Below, one piece after another: positions 52,813-62,663 of a stretch of 64,000 nucleotides of DNA (position 1 is its first letter; each line of letters opens with the position of its first letter). The notes beneath the pieces were generated by a model that did not search any database, was not told the DNA's origin, and saw nothing but the letters and a program-made list of their open reading frames with translations. This DNA comes from an uncultured delta proteobacterium (GTDB lineage: Bacteria; Desulfobacterota; Binatia; Binatales; Binataceae). Both the position numbers and the translations under genes were made by a program. The stretch spans positions 6,090-70,089 of the forward strand of contig CAWDTQ010000013.1 of assembly GCA_963805315.1 (NCBI GenBank). Direction: 5' to 3'.

Positions 52813-53451
52813 ATGCGCCGGCGCGGCTATATCGCGGTCGAGGGCCCGATCGGGGTTGGCAAAACGAGCCTGGCGCAGGCGCTCGCGCGCGAGCTGGGTG
52901 CGCGCCTGATGCTCGAGGACGCCGACAACAACCCGTTCCTGCCGCGCTTCTACGAGGATCCTGACAAGTACGCGTTCCCCGCCCAGCTCTATTTTCTGCT
53001 CACTCGCCACCACCAGCAGCGCGAGCTGAAGCAGCAGGACCTCTTCACGCAAGCGACCGTCGCCGACTATCTGTTCGCCAAGGATAAAATTTTCGCCGCG
53101 ATGAACCTCGCGCCCGACGAGCTCAAGCTCTACGACAACGTGTACAAGCTGCTCGACGCCGAGATGGCGAAGCCCGACCTCGTCGTCTATGTGCGCGCGA
53201 CTATCGAGGTGCTCGCCGAGCGGCTCCGCAAGCGCAATCGCGATTTCGAGCGCCACATCAGCTTCGACTACCTCGAGCGCGTGTCATCCGCCTACCGCGA
53301 CTTCTTTTTCTACTACGACGAAGCCCCGCTGCTGGTAGTCGACACCTCGGAAATCGACTTCGTCGCCAACCCCGACGACCTCGGCGAGCTGATTCGCGAG
53401 ATCGATCGAGCCGGCGCCGGCACCCAATACTTCGTCCCGCGCAAGAACTAG
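52813..53451 (+). CDS. Deoxynucleoside kinase (dAK/dGK/dCK family)
   Basis: P-loop IAVEGPIGVGKTS. Overall dNK architecture. 212 aa. Confidence 0.75.
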   Translation: MRRRGYIAVEGPIGVGKTSLAQALARELGARLMLEDADNNPFLPRFYEDPDKYAFPAQLYFLLTRHHQQRELKQQDLFTQATVADYLFAKDKIFAAMNLAPDELKLYDNVYKLLDAEMAKPDLVVYVRATIEVLAERLRKRNRDFERHISFDYLERVSSAYRDFFFYYDEAPLLVVDTSEIDFVANPDDLGELIREIDRAGAGTQYFVPRKN

Positions 53452-53497
53452 CTGCGCGCGCTCTTTAACGCCGCAGCGCACGAGGAAAATCTCGCAC

Positions 53498-53526
53498 TTG
53501 ACATAGGCGAATAAATAGCGAAAATA
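53498..53526 (+). promoter_or_regulatory. Putative sigma70-type promoter (TTGACA, 17-bp spacer, weak -10) upstream of ORF 53552
   Basis: TTGACA at 53498-53503. An A/T-rich -10-like hexamer follows after a 17-nt spacer. RBS AAGGAGG lies at 53537-53543. Confidence 0.3.
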
Positions 53527-53551
53527 GGTCGCTTCAAGGAGGACAATCAAA

Positions 53552-54013
53552 ATGGCGACCTGGATGGAATTCGAAACGGACGCGCCCGACATCGCGGCGG
53601 CGGGACGGCAACTGCTCTATCAATTCCGCGTTGGACTCGCCTTTCTTGCCACGCTGCGCGAGGACGGCGCGCCGCGCCTGCATCCGATTTGCCCCACTAT
53701 CGTCGACGGCCACCTCTACGCGCTCATCGGCCCGACCCCGAAACGCGCCGACTTGCGGCGCGACGGCCGCTACGCGCTGCACACTTTTCCGCCGGTGGAG
53801 GTTGACGACGAGTTCCTCGTGATGGGCCGCGCGACATTCATCGACAGCAGCGCGATCGCCGACGCCGTCCGCACCGACCTCGTAGGCCGCGGGATGACCA
53901 CCACGCACGACGAACTTCCGTTCGAGTTCCGCATCGAAAGCGTGATGCATGCGAAGTACCCGGGCGGTCACGGCACCTGGCCGCCGAAGTATTCGATCTG
54001 GAAATCGCGCTAA
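53552..54013 (+). CDS. Pyridoxamine 5'-phosphate oxidase-family (FMN-binding split-barrel) protein
   Basis: 153 aa with a PNPOx-like fold signature (LATLREDGAPRLHPI). Confidence 0.6.
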   Translation: MATWMEFETDAPDIAAAGRQLLYQFRVGLAFLATLREDGAPRLHPICPTIVDGHLYALIGPTPKRADLRRDGRYALHTFPPVEVDDEFLVMGRATFIDSSAIADAVRTDLVGRGMTTTHDELPFEFRIESVMHAKYPGGHGTWPPKYSIWKSR

Positions 54014-54633
54014 TGTTACAACGCGAGACGATGGCATCTAAAGAAAAATCACCGCGGCTCGCGATTGGCTTTCGCGTCAAGACCGGGCGCGCGACTGCGA
54101 TCGTGATGGCGGGGCCGGCGTCCGCTCCACGCGTATTGTCGCGCAAGAGTTTGCAACTGTGGGATCCTGCGATTCCCGAGTCTCATCAGCCGTTTCATGC
54201 CGAGCTCGAGCTGCCGGCCGCCGATAGTACGCAGGTCGTGCCGAAGGCTCTCGAAGCGGTTGAGCGCGTCGCGCTGTCTGCCTTGCGCGAACTCGTCGGC
54301 GAACTTGAGGCGGCGCCGGGATCGATAGTTGGAGTTGCGCTCGTCGCCGGCAGCGCGACCGATCCTGAATCGATTCGCAATCCTCACATGCGCGCGCACG
54401 CCCGCGAAGGCCAGCTTTTCCCGCATGCGCTCGCGGCGGCCGCCAAAACGATGCGCATACCGGCCGTCACGCTGGTCGAATCCGAAGTGTTCACCAGTGC
54501 CGCCGCGAAACTTAAGAAAACGCCCGACGCAATCAAGCTCGCGGTAACCGAATTGGGACGGGCCGTCGGCAAGCCGTGGAGCGCCGAGGAAAAATCTGCC
54601 GCGGCGGCAGCCTGGATTACGCTGGCCGGCTGA
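54013..54633 (+). CDS. Hypothetical protein
   Basis: 206-aa ORF. Start may be MASKEKSP at 54031. Confidence 0.35.
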   Translation: MLQRETMASKEKSPRLAIGFRVKTGRATAIVMAGPASAPRVLSRKSLQLWDPAIPESHQPFHAELELPAADSTQVVPKALEAVERVALSALRELVGELEAAPGSIVGVALVAGSATDPESIRNPHMRAHAREGQLFPHALAAAAKTMRIPAVTLVESEVFTSAAAKLKKTPDAIKLAVTELGRAVGKPWSAEEKSAAAAAWITLAG

Positions 54634-54636
54634 TCG

Positions 54637-54930
54637 CTACTCGTCGCGATCTGTGAACGCGATCTCTATATTCTCCGCCAGCTTGATGTCCTTCTCCGTC
54701 ACGCCGCCGGCATCGTGCGTCGAGCATGAGAACGTGACCCGCGTGTAGTTGATCGTAATGTCCGGATGATGGTCGGCGCCCTCCGCAATCTCGGCGACCT
54801 TCTGGACGAACTCGATGCCGTGAAGGAACTCCTTGAACTTGAACGTCTTGCTGATGGCGTTGTTCTTGTACTCCCATCCGGGCAACGCTTTCAGCTTCTC
54901 CGCGATCTGTTCCGCGCTTAGCTTGGCCAT
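54637..54930 (-). CDS. phhB: Pterin-4a-carbinolamine dehydratase
   Basis: PCD motif (EGADHHPDI) in a 97-aa protein. Confidence 0.85.
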   Translation of the reverse strand: MAKLSAEQIAEKLKALPGWEYKNNAISKTFKFKEFLHGIEFVQKVAEIAEGADHHPDITINYTRVTFSCSTHDAGGVTEKDIKLAENIEIAFTDRDE

Positions 54931-55076
54931 CTTGAGGTCCTCCGCATGCTGCCGATAATCCTAGTCGCACGCATCGCGATCGCAAAATGACGCGGCGTTA
55001 TACCCGTCGCGCGCGCCTGTGGTAATACAGGCTGAAGCAGAGTCGATCAAGCGGTCGAAACGTACACAAGGGACAC

Positions 55077-55535
55077 TTGAAAAAAATGGCGAACAAATAC
55101 GTTACCGACGAAGCTCGCAAGCAAATCGGCAAAGTCTCCGAACCGCGGACTTACGAGGTCGAGCGCGGCGCGATTCGCCGCTTCGCCGAGGCGATCGAGG
55201 ATCGCAATCCGCTCTTCAACAGCGAGCGCGACGCGCGCCAGACCCGCTTCGGCAGCATGATCGCGCCGCCCACCTTCTGCCGCTCGATGGGCGCGCCGAT
55301 TCCCGACATCAGGCTCGACATGCCGACCTTCCGCGGCCTCGACGGCGGCTCGGACTGGGAGTACTTCGTGCCGATTCGCCCCGGCGACCGCATCACCGTG
55401 CAATCGAAGCTCGTCGATTTGCGCGAGGCCGCCGGCCGCCTCGGCCCGATGGTCTTCTCGGTGGTCGAGACCACTTACACCAACCAGTTCGGCGAGGTCT
55501 GCGTCGTACAACGCTCGACCGGAATCCGCTATTAA
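55077..55535 (+). CDS. MaoC/hot-dog fold dehydratase, N-terminal-type subunit (HadA-like)
   Basis: Hot-dog fold protein without a catalytic dyad. It is adjacent to the MaoC partner. Confidence 0.6.
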   Translation: MKKMANKYVTDEARKQIGKVSEPRTYEVERGAIRRFAEAIEDRNPLFNSERDARQTRFGSMIAPPTFCRSMGAPIPDIRLDMPTFRGLDGGSDWEYFVPIRPGDRITVQSKLVDLREAAGRLGPMVFSVVETTYTNQFGEVCVVQRSTGIRY

Positions 55536-55554
55536 ATTTCACTGAAGAAAAAGG

Positions 55555-56004
55555 ATGCCCGCGATGGCGAAGCAAATTTATTTCGAAGATGTCGAAGTCG
55601 GCAGCGAGATCGGCCCGCTCGAAAAAAATCCGACCACTCAGCAGCTCGTCCGGTACGCCGGCGCGTCGGGCGACTTCTATCAAATCCACTACGACAAGGA
55701 TTTCGCGCTCGGCAACGGCCTCCCCGGCGTAATCCTGCACGGCGCGTTGAAGAACGCGTTCCTCGGCCACCTGATGACCGACTTCGCCGGCGAGCTCGGA
55801 TGGCTGCGCAAGCTCGGCGTGCAATACCGCGGGATGGATCAGCCGGGCGCCAAGGTCGTCGCGCGCGGCCGGGTCTCGAAAAAATATACCGACGGCGGCC
55901 ACAACCTGGTCGATTGCGAAATCTGGCTCGAGAACGCCAAGGGCGAAAAGACCACCCCCGGCTCCGCCACCGTCATTCTGCCCTCGCGCGCCGCGAGCCA
56001 TTGA
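55555..56004 (+). CDS. MaoC-like (R)-specific enoyl-CoA hydratase/dehydratase
   Basis: MaoC motif (DFYQIHYDKDFA ... LPGVILHG). Confidence 0.7.
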   Translation: MPAMAKQIYFEDVEVGSEIGPLEKNPTTQQLVRYAGASGDFYQIHYDKDFALGNGLPGVILHGALKNAFLGHLMTDFAGELGWLRKLGVQYRGMDQPGAKVVARGRVSKKYTDGGHNLVDCEIWLENAKGEKTTPGSATVILPSRAASH

Positions 56005-56023
56005 GGCAACGAGGTAAGCCGCG

Positions 56024-56782
56024 ATGCCGATCCGGCGCGAGTTCCCGCCGCGATCGCTGAACGCCGAGGCGCTCAACGAGGGCCGCGTCGATTCGCACTA
56101 CATCAAGGTGCTGATCCGCCTGCTCGCCGCGCACGCGATGGCCGAGAAGCTGACCGCGATCGGCTACCAGCGCGCGCTCGCGACGCTCGACAATCCCGAT
56201 CTGCGGCCCATCGTCGAGAAAAATTTCGCAGAGGAAAAAAAGCACGCGCGGCTGATCTACGACGCGCTCGAAGAACTCGGCATCAGCCAGCAGGCCGCCG
56301 ACCGCTCGATGATCACCGTGCTCAAGGCGCCGTCGTTCGACGCGCCCAGCTACTTCGCCTCCAAGGCCGAAGGCGAGCTCGACCTCCTGATGGCGTCGCT
56401 GAGCCTCGACACCACCGGCCTCATCATGATCGGCGAGAACTACAAGGAGTCCAGCTACGCGCCGCATGCGCGCGCCGCCGAAATAATTCTCGACGAGGAA
56501 GCGGACCACGAAGTTTTCGCGTCGCGGCAACTCGCCGACGCCGTCGAACGTTTCGGCGTCAAGTCGGTCAACACCGCGCTGCGCCGATGGATTCCGCGCG
56601 CGGTGAATTTCTTCGGCCCGCCCGGCACCGGCTTCACCTACGACTGCATCCGCTTCGGCCTGAAATCCCGCGACAACGAAGAACTCGCCGAGCTGTACGT
56701 CACGATGCTGTCGAGGCGATGCGAACAGCTAGGCCTCGAGATGCCAACACTCACGACAACCTATCCCCACTCTATCGTTTGA
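56024..56782 (+). CDS. Ferritin-like diiron-carboxylate family protein (PaaA/PaaC-like fold), tentative
   Basis: Two E...ExxH-like segments (AEEKKHARLIYDALEELG and EEADHEVF). 252 aa. Confidence 0.4.
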   Translation: MPIRREFPPRSLNAEALNEGRVDSHYIKVLIRLLAAHAMAEKLTAIGYQRALATLDNPDLRPIVEKNFAEEKKHARLIYDALEELGISQQAADRSMITVLKAPSFDAPSYFASKAEGELDLLMASLSLDTTGLIMIGENYKESSYAPHARAAEIILDEEADHEVFASRQLADAVERFGVKSVNTALRRWIPRAVNFFGPPGTGFTYDCIRFGLKSRDNEELAELYVTMLSRRCEQLGLEMPTLTTTYPHSIV

Positions 56783-56902
56783 TCATGACCTCTTCACACG
56801 GCCCCACTCGATTCGCGTTTGCACCTCGAACGTGAGCATCCGTCGCGAGCGTAGCGGTTCAGGATTGCCGTCATCGCGGCGTCGAACTCAGCCGACGCTT
56901 TC

Positions 56903-57595
56903 TCACCAAGATGATCTTCCGACCAGGTCGCGCGCGAATGCTGGCAGCGGAGATAGTCCGCGATGCTCTGTGAGTGGCGGACTGGCGCGGTGATCCGATG
57001 GCCCAGCGCGCTCGAACGCCGGATGCGCCAGCACTGGCTCGGCGAATCGCTCACGCACGGTTTTCCACCAGTTCGGACGCCGCCCGTCGCGCGCCGCGAG
57101 AAAGTCGATCATGAACGCGGTCTCTTCTCGCTCCCACGGCGCATCGACGGGAGCGTCGCCGTCTAGCACCGCCAACATCGCGCCGTCGGCCAGCGAGTCG
57201 GCAAAGCGCGGGAGCGTTCGATCAAGCTCCATCCAGTGGATGCTGGACGCGGCAACGATCAGTCCGTAGGGCGGATCGAGCGGAGCGTCCTCGATGGCCG
57301 CGTGAATCCATCGGATTTTCGCGTTGTCGGCCCCTTGAAGCGCGCGCGCCACGCTCAGCATCGCATCCGACGGATCGACTGCGTCAGCGCGATCGATTTG
57401 ATCGATCAGGCCGAGCGTGATCTTTCCCGTGCCGCATCCGGCGTCGAGCAGGATTCGCGGATGCCCGCGAAGCAACTCGAGCAGCGTGTCGTACACTTCG
57501 GCCGGATACGGAGGGCGAAACAGGTAATTCTCCGCCATTGTCGCAGCAGAAAAGCGACGCCCGCGGGCGCGGTCGATGGTTTCCCCGTCACTCAA
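56903..57595 (-). CDS. Class I SAM-dependent methyltransferase
   Basis: Motif I LDAGCGTGK. Confidence 0.6.
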   Translation of the reverse strand: MSDGETIDRARGRRFSAATMAENYLFRPPYPAEVYDTLLELLRGHPRILLDAGCGTGKITLGLIDQIDRADAVDPSDAMLSVARALQGADNAKIRWIHAAIEDAPLDPPYGLIVAASSIHWMELDRTLPRFADSLADGAMLAVLDGDAPVDAPWEREETAFMIDFLAARDGRRPNWWKTVRERFAEPVLAHPAFERAGPSDHRASPPLTEHRGLSPLPAFARDLVGRSSW

Positions 57596-57750
57596 GATTT
57601 CGAATCCAGCTTGAGATACTTAGTCGAACAGTAGCGTAGACTCGGGCGTCACTCATTTGAACCGCTTGCCATAGAAACTCGATCTGCACTATTAGAGATC
57701 TTCTATCGAACCGTCGCACAGCTTTTCTCACCTCGGGAGGTGACATTCCC

Positions 57751-58038
57751 ATGGATCGCGACGTATGGAACAGCCACAAATGGTCCAGTGCTAACGGGCG
57801 TCGGGTGGAAATCGAGCCCGGCAAGCCGCTCATTCAACATCACTGTTCGCGATGCCGACGCGATTTCGTCGAGGATCCGCCGACGGGAGAACGATACGCG
57901 GTCTACGTTTCAGTATTCAGCTTTCGGAAACTGCCTGACCTGATCACCAGGCAATGGCTTTCGGAGCTATGCCCGGGCGCGCCACTTCCGTATGACGTCG
58001 AAATCCGCAGCAAGTTCATCGAACATCGCGCCAAATAA
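57751..58038 (+). CDS. Small hypothetical protein
   Basis: 95-aa ORF preceded by an AT-rich region. Confidence 0.3.
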   Translation: MDRDVWNSHKWSSANGRRVEIEPGKPLIQHHCSRCRRDFVEDPPTGERYAVYVSVFSFRKLPDLITRQWLSELCPGAPLPYDVEIRSKFIEHRAK

Positions 58039-58058
58039 ATCGCGCTGTGGCGGCAGTA

Positions 58059-59398
58059 TCAATCGGCGGCGTCGAGGGCGCGCAGTGCGAGGCCGCGCGC
58101 GACCGAGGTGAACTCGTCGCCCATGCGGATCCGGTCGGCGCCGAAGCGTTCGATGAAAATCCGGCGGACGGCGGGCACGAATGACGACCCTCCGGTCAGG
58201 AACACGCTGTCGATCGCGTCGGGCTTGAGCGCGACCGTCGCCATCAGGCGATCGACGCATCCGGCGATCTGCTCGAGATAGCGCGCGATCCAATTTTCGA
58301 ATTCCGGGCGCGCCACAATCTTCTCAATCAGGACCGGCGGATCGGCAAACCTGAAGTCCGCCGCTTCCATCGCCGACAAATCGAGCTTGGTCTTCTCGAC
58401 CGCTCTAAACAGGAAGTAGCCGAGATCGCTTTCGACGATATGAATCAGCGCCGCGATCTTTTCGGGCTCGAACGATTCGCGCTTCAGCTCTTCGAATCGG
58501 AGCATCGTCGCACGAGCCTTCAGAAACGACAGATGGTGCCATCGCTCCAGCTTGGTGTAAGGCCAGGTCGGCGCCGGCAGAACCATCCCGTACGGCGAGC
58601 GGTATTTCGTGCCGCGCCCGAGCGCCGGGCGCGACCAGGTGGCGCATCACGCGGCCGTCGAAAGCGTCGCCGGCAATGCCGACGCCGTCGTTGCCCAGGA
58701 TTTCGTAGCGGGCAGCGCCATGTTTCGCCGCCGTACGAGGCTTAAGTCGCAGCACCGAGAAATCGCTGGTGCCGCCGCCGAAGTCCGCGATCAATACCGT
58801 CTCGTCGCGCGTGATTCGAAGCGCGTAGTCGTACGCCGCCGCAACCGGCTCGTACTCGAACACCACGTCGGTCCATCCCGCGCGCCGAATCGCGATATCA
58901 AGCCGGCTACGCGCGAGGGCCTCGTCGGGATTGCCGGCGGCTGCGAAATGGACCGGGCGTCCGACGACGATTCGCGGCGGCAACTCGCCGAACTGCGCGA
59001 TCGCCGCGTCGCGGAGCGCGCGTGATGATCGGCGCAATCAGATCTCCCAGCGTGTAGGTCTCGCCCATGATGTCGGTGGACTCGAAGGTCTTGTCGGCGA
59101 GAAACGACTTGAGCGATTGCACCAGCCGTCCGTTGCCGGCGGCAGCGAGGTAGCGCCGAATCGCGTCGTTGCCGACCGAGACCGCGGAATCGGTGCCACC
59201 GGTTTCCTCGGGTGCCTCGAAAAAAAGAATCGATCGAAACGTCTCGGTCTGATCGCCACTCTCAGCGGCGGGAAAGCGCGCCAGGCGCGGCGAACCGTCA
59301 GCGCCGACGACCGCGATGGCGCTGTTGGTGGTGCCGAAATCGAGACCGACGGCAGCGACTTTAGCCGCAGCGCGAGCTTCCGAGGCTTCCTGCATCAT
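58059..59398 (-). CDS. Hsp70-family (DnaK-like, truncated-type) ATPase, split over three frames
   Basis: GLDFGTTNSAIAV N-terminal phosphate-1 motif, DFGGGTSDFSV phosphate-2 motif and a C-terminal actin-like part. The pieces lie in ORFs 58907..59503, 58405..59037 and 58059..58586. Confidence 0.75.
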
Positions 59399-59584
59399 GG
59401 GTTCACGATCAAGGCGCGCTGAAGTCTTGTCAACGTTGAGCGACGCGCATATACTCGCCAAACCCTCAGGATGACGATCGCGTTGCGAGTGCTCATCCGC
59501 CAAAACCCGGTCCTTCAGCGGACGAGATTACCTCGTCCGCATTTTTTTCAGGCGCGCGTCGGCAATGCGCGCAGGAGGGAATGA

Positions 59585-60382
59585 ATGCCGCCGCAAATTC
59601 GCGAGTCTGAAGTTGCCGCGCAGTGGGATCGCAATGCCGCGGTGTGGGCCGAGCAGGTTCGCAAGAACCTCGACATCTTTCGCGAGCATTGGAACAATCC
59701 CGCTTTCCAGGAATTCGCCGGCGATCTGAGCGGCAAGACCGTGCTCGACGCCGGGTGCGGCGAGGGTCACAACACGAGGATGTTCGCGCGACGCGGCGCT
59801 CGCATCACGGGCGTGGATCTGTCCGCCAAAATGATCGAGTTTGCGCGCGCAGAGGAACTCCGCGAGCCGCTGGGAATCCACTACGAGCGCGCTTCCTTCA
59901 GCAACCTGGCAACTTTCAGCGAAGGCTCATTCGACGCGGTCATCTCGACGATGGCGCTGATGGATGGTCCTGATTTTCCCGGCGCAATGCGGGAAATCGC
60001 GCGCGTGCTGCGCCCCGGCGGCACGCTCGCGTACAGCATCATCCATCCATGTTTTGGGACCAAGGGGATGGGCTGGATCAAAGACGATTCGGGGCGCGTC
60101 GTCAAATTCACTGTCGCGGATTATTTCAACAGCGAGCCATTTGTCGAGTATTGGAAGTTCGGTCACGCGCCCAACGCGGTGCAGGTCGAGGACTTTGGCG
60201 TGCCGCGTTTCGATCGCACGCTTGCCGATTACATCAACTCGACGATCTCGGCCGGTCTGCGGCTCGACGAGATTCGCGAACCGCGCGCACCCGAGTCCGC
60301 GTGCGCGCTGTATCCGGAGGCGTTTACCAAATTCCGCGATCACATTCCGTGGTTCTTTTACGTCCGCGCGTCGAAGCCATGA
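59585..60382 (+). CDS. Class I SAM-dependent methyltransferase
   Basis: Motif I LDAGCGEG. 265 aa. Confidence 0.7.
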   Translation: MPPQIRESEVAAQWDRNAAVWAEQVRKNLDIFREHWNNPAFQEFAGDLSGKTVLDAGCGEGHNTRMFARRGARITGVDLSAKMIEFARAEELREPLGIHYERASFSNLATFSEGSFDAVISTMALMDGPDFPGAMREIARVLRPGGTLAYSIIHPCFGTKGMGWIKDDSGRVVKFTVADYFNSEPFVEYWKFGHAPNAVQVEDFGVPRFDRTLADYINSTISAGLRLDEIREPRAPESACALYPEAFTKFRDHIPWFFYVRASKP

Positions 60383-60813
60383 GACGAAGAATGATTCGCG
60401 CGCGGGCAGGAGTCCTCGCAGCCGCCGTTTGCGTGATGCTCGCCGGATGCGGCGCGGAGGGCGAAGTGTATCAACCAAGATCGACTCCCGCGTCGCGGAG
60501 CCTCATCTATATTTACCGGCCGTACGGGTTGCTGAGTTCGCAGGCGATCCCGATGATCACATGCGGACATGAGAGTATTGAATTAGAGACGGCGGGTTTT
60601 TACGAGTTCCTCGAGGACAGCGGCCCGGTGATTTGTACGGTCGCGAACGACCCGGCGCAGCTGAAGTTCGATGCGCATGCGGGCGAGCAATATTTCATCA
60701 AGGAGGTCGTCGAGACCAGCGGGCTAACCACCCATACGCATCTCGTCATGATGGATGCCGACGTGGCTCGCGACCAGATCAAGGAATGCAGCCGCCAGGG
60801 AATCAAGGATTGA
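60379..60813 (+). CDS. Hypothetical lipoprotein
   Basis: Lipobox MLAGCG. 144 aa. Confidence 0.45.
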   Translation: MRRRMIRARAGVLAAAVCVMLAGCGAEGEVYQPRSTPASRSLIYIYRPYGLLSSQAIPMITCGHESIELETAGFYEFLEDSGPVICTVANDPAQLKFDAHAGEQYFIKEVVETSGLTTHTHLVMMDADVARDQIKECSRQGIKD

Positions 60814-60818
60814 ATCCA

Positions 60819-61734
60819 ATGCCGCGAATCGTAACCCTTCTGCCGAGCGCGACGGAGATCGTTTGCGCGCTCGGGTTCGAAGATAATCTGGTCGGCCGCT
60901 CGCATGAATGCGACTTCCCGCACTCGGTGGTGCGCGTCCCCGCGTTGACGCAACCGAAGTTCAATCCCGAGGGCACCAGCGCGGAAATCGACCAGCGCGT
61001 GAAGAAGATTGTCGGCGACGCGCTGTCGGTCTATCGCGTCGACGCGGCGCGGCTGCGCGAACTGCGCCCCGACGTGATCGTCACTCAATCCCAGTGCGAA
61101 GTGTGCGCCGTCAGCGAGCGCGACGTCGAAGCCGCCGTGGCCGAGTGGCTTGGCACGCAGCCGAGGATCGTTTCGCTGGCGCCGTACGGCCTCGACGATA
61201 TCTTCACCGATATGCAGCGGGTGGCGGATGCGCTCGAGGCGCGCGAGCGCGGGACAGAACTGGTCGAACGGCTTCGCGCGCGACTTATGAAGATCGCGGA
61301 CAAAGCGCGCGACGCCTCGGAGAAACCGAGCGCTCGCAACGATCGAGTGGATCGATCCGCTGATGGCAGCGGGAAACTGGATGCCGACGCTGGTCGAAAT
61401 GGCCGGCGCGGTAAATCTGTTCGGCGCAGCGGGCGAACATTCGCCGTGGATGAAATTCGAGGAGCTGGCGGCGAAGGATCCCGATATGATTTTGATTTCG
61501 CCCTGCGGCTTCAACATGGATCGCGCGGCGCAAGACCTGCCCGCGCTTACGACTCGCGCCGAGTGGAACGGGCTCAAAGCGGTGCGCAACGGGCGCGTTT
61601 TCATGGCCGACGGCAACCAGTATTTCAACCGGCCCGGTCCGCGAATCGCGGAGTCGCTGGAAATTCTCGCAGAGATCGCGCATCCGGAGATGTTCCACTT
61701 CGGCCACGAAGGCTCGGGCTGGCGCCGACTGTAG
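60819..61734 (+). CDS. Cobalamin/iron-siderophore-type periplasmic-binding-fold protein (BtuF-like), frameshift near 61340
   Basis: IVTLLPSATEIVCALG N-terminus. The C-terminal half (PCGFNMDRA ... NQYFNRPGPR) lies in ORF 61363..61734. Confidence 0.6.
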
Positions 61735-61746
61735 GGGCAACGAGAG

Positions 61747-62663
61747 CTATTTTTTCGCGAGATACGCCATCCCGACGCGGGCCGGCGTGAGATTTATTCC
61801 GAACTCATCGATCAGCGGTTTGATGTTGCACGCGTTGTCTGCGGTGACGAACGTCACCGCGTCGCGCGACAGCAGCGGCTTCGGCAGCTTTTCGAGCAGG
61901 CCACCGACGCAACGCATGACGCCTTCCGGAATGTGAAAAAGCGGGCGGCGATGTCCGCTCGCGTCCATGATGATGCGCATCATCTCGTCGAACGTCATCA
62001 GATCGGGCCCGCCGATTTCGTAAGTTCCGTTGCGGCCGCGTCCCGACACCGCGAGCATCACGCAGGCGGCGAGATCGTCGACGAGCACCGGCTGAACTTT
62101 CTGGCGTCCGGTGCCGGGCACGCCAAAGACCGGCGCGAAGCGGAGCGCGCGGGCGAGACCGTTGACGACTTTGTCCTCCGGCCCGTACACCAGCGACGGA
62201 CGGAAGATCGTGTAGGTCAAGCCCGACTCGCGGATCGCGCGCTCTGCGCGGCCTTTCGCGCGAAAGCCCGGATGCGTGCTGTTCTCGTCGGCCGCGGCGC
62301 CGCTGATGTAGATGAACTGCTCGCACGCCGGCCTGCTTCGCCGCGGCGATGAGCGCGACCGCGCCACCGTAATCGATTCGCTCGAAAGTCAGGCCGCGGC
62401 GAGGATTTTCGACCGGATAGCCGTCGAACTGGATCGCATCGACGATCGGCATCCGCGCCGCTGAAGCGCCTGCTTGAGCAGACGCGGGCAGTCCGATATC
62501 GGCGCGAACGAACTCGACGCCGGGCAAGTCGAGCCGCGCGCGCGCCGAGTCCGGATTTCGGCGTGAGCACGCGCACGTTGATTCCGCCGGCAAGCAGACG
62601 CCGCGCGATCGCGCGACCGATAAATCCCGAGCCGCCCGCGAGCGCGACTGTTTTAGCGTTCAT
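61747..62663 (-). CDS. NAD(P)-binding epimerase/dehydratase family protein (NDUFA9/NmrA-like), with frameshifts
   Basis: N-terminal VALAGGSGFIGRAI Rossmann motif (ORF 62217..62663). The C-terminal part is in ORF 61747..62367. Confidence 0.6.
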
